From NCBI GenBank assembly GCA_965215365.1, contig CBDCDS010000003.1:1760001-1824000 (forward strand): DNA of 64,000 nucleotides, given 5' to 3'. Position 1 is the first letter of the stretch. Each line of letters begins with the position of its first letter. Under the pieces are notes generated by a model. The model saw only the letters and a program-made list of their open reading frames with translations. It searched no databases and was not told where the DNA came from. Source of the DNA: Gammaproteobacteria bacterium. GTDB taxonomy: Bacteria > Pseudomonadota > Gammaproteobacteria > Eutrophobiales > Eutrophobiaceae. This document shows positions 52,133 to 61,000 of the stretch, in pieces. The position numbers were made by a program, and so were the translations under genes.

Positions 52133-53620
52133 TCAGGGGCATCCTTCAGAGGCACCCCGAGCCTCGAACCGGACTATATCATCCTCGCCGAGATAATCCC
52201 CCACTTGCACTTCGATAATTTCCAGTTCAACCTCGGTTCGGTTCTCCAGCCGGTGCTTGACACCGCTGGGAATAAACGTTGATTCATTGACCGTCAGCTC
52301 GAAAGTGTCCTCGCCCCGGGTGACGGTGGCAGTCCCTGTTACCACAACCCAGTGTTCAGAGCGGCGCCGATGCAGCTGCAACGAGATTTTCCTGCCGGGT
52401 AGAATGGTCAGCCGTTTCACCTGGTGTGTGTCGCTGCATGCAAGCACCTCATACGCTCCCCATGGACGTCTGACGAGCAGGCGCTGCTCCAGCTCCGGGC
52501 GTTTCCGGTCAGCCAGTGCCGCCACCAGTTGCCGCACCTGTTGTGCTTGAGCCTGGTCCGCAACCATGACCGCATCGGCTGTTTCCACGATCACTAGGTT
52601 ATCGCAATGCAGCGCGGTGACCAGCCGCCGCTCGGAATACAGATAAGAATTGCGCGTCCCCAAAGCCAGCGCGTCCCCGCGCAGCACATTATTGTTTTCA
52701 TCCTTCACGCCCTGTTCCCATAGCTCGCTGAAGGCGCCGACATCCGACCAGCCACAGTCCAGGGGAATCACCGCGGCACCGGGGTCATCCGTTGCCGCCA
52801 GCTGCTCCAACACCGCAACATCGACGGAGGCGTCGGGGCAAGCGTCAAATGCCGTGCTGTCAAGGTGCAAGAAAAGCCCGTCTTGCGTCCCGTTGCCGCA
52901 GGCCGCCGCGCAGGCCCGATAAATATCCGGGTGTAATTTCTCCAGCGTTGCCAGCCAGACCGAAGCGCGCACCATAACCATCCCGCTGTGCCAGTAATAC
53001 TGGCCGCTAGCGATGTATTGTTGTGCCGCAGCTGTGTCAGGTTTTTCCTTAAAACCGGTCACGTGAAAGGCATTCGTCTGAGCCGACATGGCTATTTTCC
53101 GGCCCCGTTTCAGATAGCCATAACCGGTTGCCGCCGCCGGCGGGGCTATCCCGAAAGTGACGATGAGCCGATCCCGGGCGAGGACGATGCCAGCTGCAAG
53201 CGCCTGCCGGAATACGCCTTCGTTGCCAATCAGGTGGTCACTCGGCAGCATGAGCAGCAGCGGATCATCCGTAGCGGTGTGTTGCGTCAACGCAGCCGCC
53301 GTGAGCGCCGGCGCGGTATTACGCCCGGCGTTCTCCAGTATGATCAGCTGCAGCGGCCGGTCTATTGCGGCCGCTTGTTCGGCAACATGAAAACGGATAG
53401 CTTCGTTGCAGACGACCAACGGCGGCCGCGTGGCTACTCCTGCGGCTGCAATCCCGCCGCAGCGCGCCAAGGTCTGTTGTAACAGCGAGCGTTTGCCGAA
53501 GGGACGAATCAGCGGTTTCGGATAATTACGCCGGGATAGCGGCCATAACCGGCGACCTTCACCGCCAGCCAGAATGACCGGACATAATGTTGTTGCTTGC
53601 GTCACAACCCGAGCAGCCAC
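52133..53620 (-). CDS. manC: Mannose-1-phosphate guanylyltransferase / mannose-6-phosphate isomerase
   Basis: PVILAGG.G.RLWPLSR..YPK, GRNTAPA, PSDH, TGYGY, FKEKP, GWSDVG, cupin RPWG...SLQ.H..RSEHWVVV. Confidence 0.94.
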   Translation of the reverse strand: MAARVVTQATTLCPVILAGGEGRRLWPLSRRNYPKPLIRPFGKRSLLQQTLARCGGIAAAGVATRPPLVVCNEAIRFHVAEQAAAIDRPLQLIILENAGRNTAPALTAAALTQHTATDDPLLLMLPSDHLIGNEGVFRQALAAGIVLARDRLIVTFGIAPPAAATGYGYLKRGRKIAMSAQTNAFHVTGFKEKPDTAAAQQYIASGQYYWHSGMVMVRASVWLATLEKLHPDIYRACAAACGNGTQDGLFLHLDSTAFDACPDASVDVAVLEQLAATDDPGAAVIPLDCGWSDVGAFSELWEQGVKDENNNVLRGDALALGTRNSYLYSERRLVTALHCDNLVIVETADAVMVADQAQAQQVRQLVAALADRKRPELEQRLLVRRPWGAYEVLACSDTHQVKRLTILPGRKISLQLHRRRSEHWVVVTGTATVTRGEDTFELTVNESTFIPSGVKHRLENRTEVELEIIEVQVGDYLGEDDIVRFEARGASEGCP

Positions 53621-53672
53621 CCCGCCGCCTCCGGCATCAAGGCGTTACGCCTGCCAGCGGCGGGGTGGCTGC
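53613..53672 (-). promoter_or_regulatory. Long GC-rich hairpin covering the manC start codon
   Basis: Perfect 16-bp arms GCAGCCACCCCGCCGC (53613-28)/GCGGCGGGGTGGCTGC (53657-72); the GTG (53618-20) lies inside the stem and GGAGG is at its edge. Confidence 0.6.
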
Positions 53673-53699
53673 CAACGCACCGCAATTCTTTGAGGCGCG

Positions 53700-54371
53700 T
53701 TAGCGTTCCTGGCCGGCGAATGCCGCCAGCAGGTGCAGCAGGCTGGTGAACAGATTGAAGATGGCTACGTACAAGGTAATCGTCGCCATGATGTAATTGG
53801 TTTCACCGCCATGGATCATTGCGCTGGTCTGGTACAGGATCATGCCGGACATCAGCAGGATAAAGATGGCCGATACCGCCAGCGCCATGGCCGGAATGCT
53901 GAAAATGGCGGCGCAAATACCGAGTAGGAATGCCACTAGTATCCCCACCATGAGGAACCCGCCCATGAAGCTGAAGTCCTTGCGGGTGGTCAGGGCATAA
54001 CCGGACAGACCAAGAAAGATCATGCCGGTGCCGCCCAGAGCCAGCATTACCAGCTGCCCACCATTACTGAAGAACTGCAGATACGCATTCAGGAATGGCC
54101 CTAAGGTTAAGCCCATGAAACCGGTCAGGGCAAACACTGCGGCCAGTCCCCAGACGCTGTTTCTCAGCGCCGAGGTCAGGAACAACAGACCAAAATAACC
54201 GCCCAGAGTGATGAGCAAACCCATACTCGGTAGATTCATGGCCATGGCCACAGCCGCCATCAACGCGCTGAACAGCAGGGTCATGGACAGCAAGATATAA
54301 GTGTTACGAATCAGCTTGTTGGTAGCCAGCGCCGCCGGCGCCGGACTTGCGACTGCATACTGTTGACTCAT
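53700..54371 (-). CDS. yccA: Bax inhibitor-1/YccA family membrane protein
   Basis: NKLIRNTY.LLSMTL, seven TMs, RKDFSFMG, GGETNYI.AT.LY; divergent from tRNA-Ser as in enterobacteria. Confidence 0.93.
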   Translation of the reverse strand: MSQQYAVASPAPAALATNKLIRNTYILLSMTLLFSALMAAVAMAMNLPSMGLLITLGGYFGLLFLTSALRNSVWGLAAVFALTGFMGLTLGPFLNAYLQFFSNGGQLVMLALGGTGMIFLGLSGYALTTRKDFSFMGGFLMVGILVAFLLGICAAIFSIPAMALAVSAIFILLMSGMILYQTSAMIHGGETNYIMATITLYVAIFNLFTSLLHLLAAFAGQER

Positions 54372-54404
54372 TACAAACCTCCGATGGTTATTGCGATAAC
54401 CTTG

Positions 54405-54434
54405 ATCATAGGGGCAACGGCGTTACTTTTCAAG
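54405..54434 (-). promoter_or_regulatory. yccA promoter: sigma70-like, overlapping a sigma32-like element
   Basis: Minus strand TTGAAA-N17-TATGAT; the same stretch also reads CTTGAAA-N13-CCCCTATG. Confidence 0.55.
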
Positions 54435-54509
54435 ATATTTCGGATAGAATTATCAAGAACGCCTGAAAACGCCCCATCGCAGCATTTTTAGAGGTTACCT
54501 AAAACCCCC

Positions 54510-54599
54510 GGAGAGGTGGCAGAGTGGTTAAATGCACCGGTCTTGAAAACCGGCAAGGGTTAACGCCCTTCGTGGGTTCGAATCCCACCCTCTCCGCCA
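54510..54599 (+). tRNA. serT: tRNA-Ser (anticodon TGA)
   Basis: 90 nt; GGAGAGG/CCTCTCC acceptor stem, CCGGT-CTTGAAA-ACCGG anticodon arm, long variable arm, GTTCGAATC, G discriminator plus CCA. Confidence 0.97.
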
Positions 54600-54977
54600 A
54601 TTCCTTGAGCGGGCTGCAAGTCCGCTCAAGGAATTGGCCCTGACGCTGGATTCGAACCCACGAACATAGACAACCGGGTTCGACAAATTCGCTGGGAGCG
54701 AATTTGAACAGCGTAGCTGGCCCCGCAGGGGCAAACTACAGGGACGTAGTTTGTAATCCCACCCTCTCCGCCAATTCCTTGAGCGGGCTGCAAGTCCGCT
54801 CAAGGAATTGGCCCTGACGCTGGATTCGAACCCACGAACATAGACAACCGGGTTCGACAAATTCGCTGGGAGCGAATTTGAACAGCGTAGCTGGCCCCGC
54901 AGGGGCAAACTACAGGGACGTAGTTTGTAATCCCACCCTCTCCGCCAATTCCTTGAGCGGGCTGCAAGTCCGCTCAA
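54581..54977 (+). repeat. tRNA-linked tandem repeat: two 174-bp units plus a 49-bp partial, each starting with the last 19 nt of tRNA-Ser
   Basis: AATCCCACCCTCTCCGCCA at 54581, 54755 and 54929; units look identical and contain several hairpins. Confidence 0.92.
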
Positions 54978-56023
54978 CCCCCTCCCAGGCCAAACAACTG
55001 CACCAGATCACGGCGGTACTGAATGGAAAACTTATCCGCAGGGATGGAGACTTCGGCGGCGGGATTAAGCGGCACCGGATAAGGTCGCTGGCTTTCCACG
55101 ACCGCGATATCTTCGGCATTGGTCACTAACTGGTATTGAGCGTAATCCTCCACGGTGGCGCCGGGGATGTTGGTCAGTGTAATCTGGTAGATGGCCGTCT
55201 CGACGGCACTCACAGGCGCGGCAATGTCATAGAAATGGCTGGTCATTTCCGCCGTATAATCAACCTTGAGGTCGGTGGCGAACGGGTAGGTCAGGTCATG
55301 GGTATAATAGACTTCGCGCTCGCCGATGTGGTCGTCGTTAAACCCTCGTTCCACCTCGATGTAAGGCAGCTCCATGTGCAGGCCGCAGGCAGTGCGTTGC
55401 AGCAAATAATCTTCCAGTTGCGGACGCTGCCGGTTGCCGAAGGTTTGCATGTGTACCCAGGACAGGTGCGCGATGTCGTTAAAATTTTCGCAATGGCGGC
55501 TGGCGGAGGTCTGCCACAAGCCTTTTGGGATCTCAATTCTGAGCCAACTTGCATCGTGGTTTTCCAGCAGCGGCCATTCGGGAAGTGGCCGTAGCGGTTT
55601 ATCCTTAAGGCAGACCCAGAGCAGGCCGTAGCGCTGCACGGTCTGGTACCGGGTCAGACGCATCTGCGCCGGGATGAGCTGGTTCGGGTCCGGGTAAGAC
55701 GGGATCCTGGTGCAGGTGCCTAGGTGGTCGTAGTGGTGGCCATGGAACGGGCAGACTATGTTGGCGCGGTCATCATCCAGCCAACCCGGACTGAGCTTGG
55801 CGCCGCGATGGGGGCACTGATCTTTGGCAACTGTCAGGCCCTGTCGGGTTTGATAGATAACCAGGTCGGTATCCAGCAATCTGGCAGCCCGCGGCTCAGC
55901 ACCAAGCTCCGAGACAAAGGCCAGCGGATGCCAGAACCCGGCGAGGATGTGCCAATCGTGCTCCGCAATAGCACTGTCAGCCGGATAATCGGTGCTATTG
56001 GTTTGAGTGGTCGGCAGGTACAT
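54974..56023 (-). CDS. Rieske non-heme iron oxygenase, alpha subunit (VanA/NdmA-like demethylase type)
   Basis: FWHP, CPHRG...CPFHG Rieske ligands, ENFNDIAHLSWVH, EDIAVVESQ. Confidence 0.88.
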   Translation of the reverse strand: MYLPTTQTNSTDYPADSAIAEHDWHILAGFWHPLAFVSELGAEPRAARLLDTDLVIYQTRQGLTVAKDQCPHRGAKLSPGWLDDDRANIVCPFHGHHYDHLGTCTRIPSYPDPNQLIPAQMRLTRYQTVQRYGLLWVCLKDKPLRPLPEWPLLENHDASWLRIEIPKGLWQTSASRHCENFNDIAHLSWVHMQTFGNRQRPQLEDYLLQRTACGLHMELPYIEVERGFNDDHIGEREVYYTHDLTYPFATDLKVDYTAEMTSHFYDIAAPVSAVETAIYQITLTNIPGATVEDYAQYQLVTNAEDIAVVESQRPYPVPLNPAAEVSIPADKFSIQYRRDLVQLFGLGGG

Positions 56024-56024
56024 G

Positions 56025-56993
56025 TCAAGCTACTCCGAAATCCATGCCCAGGGCTTTGAGGTGGCGGCGATATTTTGAGGTGAACAAGTCCGAACGCAGG
56101 TGCAGTTCCTCGCTTAAGTCCATGGGCAACAGTTCCGGTCGCTGGGATTCCAAGATGGGGATATCCTGGCCAATGATCAGGCTGTGAAAGTCTTCGATAT
56201 CCTGCTCAGTCAAATCCGCCGCATAATTGTACGCGGCGATGAAGTGCGCCCAGGATCGGGTTTCACTTTCCGGCCGGACAGCGAACATCAGCACAAATTT
56301 CTCCTTATTGGCGCGCCCGCCGATGTGCTTGACAAAATAGACCGTCAACGGCGCTAAGATGCCGAAGTCGTACCAGGCATCGCCGCCTTTGCCGGTGCCG
56401 TCCGGGTCCGGCTGGAAATAGCGCACATCCTTGACCAACAAGCCGTCTTCATTTTCTTCCACCTGATAGTCATCGATCACCGCGTGCGTGCGCGCTCCCA
56501 GTATGCCGTCGTGCAGGATGGGCGGGTGCGACAGGTCCAAAAAGTTCTCCACCACCCGCGGGGCGGCGGCATTGATTGAGTAGGGACCACAGGGGATGAC
56601 CCGGTAATCCGGGTCGTTGAGCTGGGGTAAATCGGGCAACGGCCGGGTGGCATTGCCCAGGTTGACCCAGATCAGGCCGGCATGTTCGCGCGCCTGATAG
56701 ACTGCGCTCGCCCGGGCCTTGGCCGGTATCCTGAGCTCAGGATGGGCGGGGATAAATTCACACTGGCCGTCCCGGTTGTATTCCCAACCGTGATAAGCGC
56801 AACGCAGGCGGTTGTTGCAGACGCGACCCAGGCTCAGCCTGACGCCGCGATGCACGCACAGGTCTTTCCAGGCACAGACCTGGTGTCCCGCCCGCCACAG
56901 CACCAGGTCTTCACCCAGCACGGTGGCCGAGTTGGGCTTGTCAGCGGCCAGGTCGCGGGCCCGACCCACCGGGTGCCAGTAGTGTTCAATCAT
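56025..56993 (-). CDS. Rieske non-heme iron oxygenase, alpha subunit (VanA/NdmA-like demethylase type)
   Basis: YWHPV, CVHRG...CAYHGW, ENFLDLSHPPILH, QDIPILESQRP. Confidence 0.88.
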   Translation of the reverse strand: MIEHYWHPVGRARDLAADKPNSATVLGEDLVLWRAGHQVCAWKDLCVHRGVRLSLGRVCNNRLRCAYHGWEYNRDGQCEFIPAHPELRIPAKARASAVYQAREHAGLIWVNLGNATRPLPDLPQLNDPDYRVIPCGPYSINAAAPRVVENFLDLSHPPILHDGILGARTHAVIDDYQVEENEDGLLVKDVRYFQPDPDGTGKGGDAWYDFGILAPLTVYFVKHIGGRANKEKFVLMFAVRPESETRSWAHFIAAYNYAADLTEQDIEDFHSLIIGQDIPILESQRPELLPMDLSEELHLRSDLFTSKYRRHLKALGMDFGVA

Positions 56994-57124
56994 CTTGGTT
57001 ACCTGACAACGAACTATCACCGACGATGGTATGAAAAGGAATAGTTGCGAGTAACGATGATATATCTGAAATTCACTTCTTCTGCGGGTTCATGCACTGT
57101 GATAGCATTTGTCCGAAGGTAACC

Positions 57125-57955
57125 ATGAATATATTTAACAAAGATCAGCCATTCAAGTTCGGCAAAGCGGCTTTTCCAAACGGCGGCCGTTATGGGCCGG
57201 TCACCCATGAACACCTGGACGTGACCGTGCTCCTGCAAGGAGAGGCGCGGGTGATTGTTGACGAGACCGAACACCGTTGTGTTGCCGGTTACTCGGTGTT
57301 TGCCTATTCCGAACAACGCTACGAAATGATTTTCCCCAAGGGAACCGGCCATTATGTCTATTGGTGCCACACCGGCGAGTTAGCCATGCCGCACCAGAAT
57401 AAAACCTGGCTTAAATCAATCCCGCGCGCAATTCCAACATCAAAATTGCTGGCGTTACTCATTGATCAGGGCATCGCCTTAGGACACAGTGAGGGGGTGA
57501 GCCTGGAGCGGCTGCGCAACTCCATGGGCGAGGCGGTTTTTAACGAGTATTTCCACCGGGCCAACCTCGAAGAGGAGGATCGCAAGTACCCGCGCGCGGT
57601 GGCGCGGGCCAAACATTATATCGACAACCATTTCACCACCCCCTGTGACCTGAACAAAATCGCCGATTTTGCCAACTTGAATCCGCGCTATCTGCTGCGC
57701 CTGTTCAAACAGCATATCGGCATTACCCCCACCCGCTATCTATGGCATTTGCGGGCCGAAAAAGGGGTTTACCTGCTGCACCAATCCCGACTGAACATCA
57801 ACCAGATAGCCGAGCAGTGCGGCTTCCAGTCGCCGCACCACTTCTCACGCCACATCAAGGAACACTACGGCAAATCCCCCACGCAACTACGTCACGTAAC
57901 AACGTCCCGCGATCCTTACCAGTTCAACCGCGACGTGCCTGATGTTCGTTATTGA
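57125..57955 (+). CDS. AraC-family transcriptional regulator
   Basis: N-terminal cupin-like domain; YL.RLFK...G.TP..Y and IAEQCGF.S..HFSR..K..YG.SP...R; divergent from the Rieske pair. Confidence 0.92.
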   Translation: MNIFNKDQPFKFGKAAFPNGGRYGPVTHEHLDVTVLLQGEARVIVDETEHRCVAGYSVFAYSEQRYEMIFPKGTGHYVYWCHTGELAMPHQNKTWLKSIPRAIPTSKLLALLIDQGIALGHSEGVSLERLRNSMGEAVFNEYFHRANLEEEDRKYPRAVARAKHYIDNHFTTPCDLNKIADFANLNPRYLLRLFKQHIGITPTRYLWHLRAEKGVYLLHQSRLNINQIAEQCGFQSPHHFSRHIKEHYGKSPTQLRHVTTSRDPYQFNRDVPDVRY

Positions 57956-58011
57956 CCTCTGCTAGAATGACTGACAATCAGGCAACAAACAGGTCCCGGG
58001 ATGAAGCAACC

Positions 58012-61000
58012 ATGAACGCATCAATCGCGCAAAAAACCATCGACGCGGCGCTCAATAAAGCAGTTGATATGAACCCGCAGGAGACCGATGGTCAGTGGCT
58101 GGAAGTCATCACTGTGGAGGCCGGCCCATATATCAGAGAATGGGACCTCGCACAGTGCTGGCATTGGCAACAGTGGCCGCACCGGAAGGAGCACTTCCCG
58201 AACACCACCGGGCTGGATGTGGGCATAGACGCCGTCGCCAAGCGGCGCAGCGATGGGCGATACATTGCCATCCAGTGCAAGTCGCGTCAGCTTGACAGTG
58301 AGGGGTGCGGCGCGTCAATCAAAAGTGACGAGATAGCTAAATTTGCTGCTGCAGCCAATTCGGACTTCTGGGCCGAGCGCTGGGTCGTCACCAATGGTAA
58401 CAATCCGCTTGCCAGTGGCGCGGCGCAGTCAGCATCAATGCAAGGTAAGCCGCTCAAGCTCTTCAATATCACCAGCGACCTGCAGCGGCAGCGAGATGCG
58501 CATGCCGCAATGTCATATCAGCAGGAAAGCAAACAACAAAATCCCGATGATAACGATAAGGGGTTGCAGACAAAATCAGCCATGCAAGACGAAGCCGTCG
58601 CCACCAGCGTGCGCCTGCTCAAGGCACAAGTCGATTCAGACAGCGGCGGACTGCCCAAGGGCGAGGCCCGAGGGCGAATCATTCTGCCCTGCGGCACCGG
58701 CAAGACGCGCATATCACTACGCATCATAGAGAAGCTGACTCCGCCGGGCAAACTGTCCATCGTGCTGTGCCCGTCCATCGCGCTGGTAGCCCAGATCAGG
58801 CGCGAATACCTGCAACACGCGTCTGATGCAATAGACGTGTTGGCGGTCTGCTCGGATGCCACAGCCGGCTACGATCCCAAAAAGGAAGGAAGCCGTAATG
58901 CCACCCTGGATCCGACTGTCGATAACAGCAATGTCAGCGCCAGTGAGGTCAAGGGCAGGGTGACCACCGAGCCGGGAGAAATAGCCGACTGGATGCGCCA
59001 GCAGGTTTTCGATAACGGCGGCGCTCCTGCTAACAGCATCAGGGTTCTCATCGGCACTTACCAGAGCAGCGCCAAAGTATCGACAGCCCTGCTGTGCGCC
59101 GGCGTCAAGGCCTGTGTAATGATTGCCGACGAAGCGCACCGGACGGCAGGGCTGAAACGCAGAAACTCCCAATCCGCCGCTGCCAACGAGGCAGAACAGC
59201 GTCTGCGCGACTTCACTATCTGCCATGACCGCGAGCGATTTCCTGCTACGTACCGTGTCTATCAGACCGCTACGCCGCGTATTTACGATGGCAAGGCGGC
59301 CACTGACACCGGCAATCCCAACTGGATTGTCCGCTCCATGGACGATGAAACGACCTTCGGGGTGGAGCTGTACCGCAAGAGTTACCTGGAAGCCGTGCGT
59401 AACCGTTGGTTGTCGGACTATCGTATTATTGCCATGGGTATTAACGACCCCGAGGCGTATAAGACGGCGAACGCACTGGCAAAGGAGACCAAAAGTACCG
59501 GGCGTAACCAGTTGACCAGCACCGATTACCTGCGCGGGCTGGCATTCGCGCTGACGATGGGCGGCGCCACGCAGGGCAGGGAAGTGGACATACGCTCGGC
59601 TATCGCCTTTATGAACACGGTGGATAAGTCCAAAAACATGGCGGCAGACCTGCAGACTGAGACCGTGAAGGAATGGGTTTCACGCTGGCTCAGCGAAAAC
59701 ACAGACGGCAAGACCCTATCCGATTACAGCCTCGAACACCTGGACGCATCTTCCAACGCTGTGGCGCGTGACACCGCGCAGGGGCGACTGGCTGGCGCGG
59801 ACTCGGCGCATCCTCACGGCATCATCAATGTGGGCATATTCGGCGAGGGCACCGACTCGCCATCATTGAGCGCGGTAGCGTTTCTGGAAGCCCGCAAGAG
59901 CCCCATAGATGTCGTGCAAGCTGTTGGACGCGCGATGCGCACTGCACCTGGCAAGCAGCTGGGTTACATCATCTGTCCCATTCCGATTCCACCTGCTGCC
60001 GACCCCGAGAAGTGGCTGAGCACCAGCGCCCCCGAGGAAGGATGGCAGGAATTGGGACAAATACTGCTCGCGTTACGCGCCCACGACCAGCGTATTGAGG
60101 AGAACCTTGAGGAACTCCTGCACCTGTACATCCCCAAGCCACCGCCGGTAGCGCGCACCCTGGTGGCGCTCGCCACGGGAGCAGGTATGCGCATACAGTA
60201 TGGTGAGGTTAAAGGACCGCCCGGCGCCGCGCAGGCGGCGGTCGAGCAGGCGTTGGCAGGCAAGAGCCGCACCGCCGCGGGAATACAACGCTTGCACGAA
60301 CAGCCCGCCGCTGAGAGCGAGGCCGGGATATCAGGTGTGCGTGAAGAACCCGCCGACTACAGCAAGCCTGCCGCCGGCGACGCAGTGGAGTTCACGCAGC
60401 TCATTACCGGCAAGCAGCACGAGGACGGCGCCATTGAACTGCGCACCGACTCCGTAGCTCGCGACCAGCCGAAGGCCGGCGCGGCGCGAGGCATCGTGAA
60501 CATACAGAAAACCAAAGCCAAAGCCCGCAAGATGATCAATACCGGTGAAGGCGGCATTCGCTTGCCGGCGGGCAAGGCACGCAAGCCCGGCAAAACCGCC
60601 CGGCAACGAGCCGAGGAACGCGGCCAGCTGCTACTCAAGTTGAGCGGACTGGAAGACCATGGCCGCGCCATTAAGATGAACCTGTTGACCAAGTCCGGGC
60701 TGAGCGGCCAGCGCGTCATACGTGATTTGAATATACTGGAAGGCAGCGTCAACGAAGCGGCGCGTCACTTGCGCGCGGATGAGTTACAGCCGGCGCTGAA
60801 CCGCCACTTCGGGCTGGACCAGCTCAAGGAAACGAACAAGCAGCAGGCGGACGGCTGCACCACCGCCGCACTGTTGCTGATGAACGCCGCCATGCTGCAT
60901 CAGCGCGTCGCCAACGGCGGCTGGCTGCCGGGCATCAACGATCTTGCCAACATCAAAAATGAGCCTGAAGTGGTGCAAAAATTGAGCCGGGAATGGGAAC

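Noticed and set aside
54581-54977. Possible CRISPR array
   Set aside because: The units are 174 bp and identical throughout, with no unique spacers and no cas genes. They are tRNA-linked tandem repeats.
54528-54977. 149-aa minus-strand ORF with an internal repeat
   Set aside because: Antisense translation of the tRNA and its 174-bp repeats (174 is a multiple of 3); not a plausible protein.
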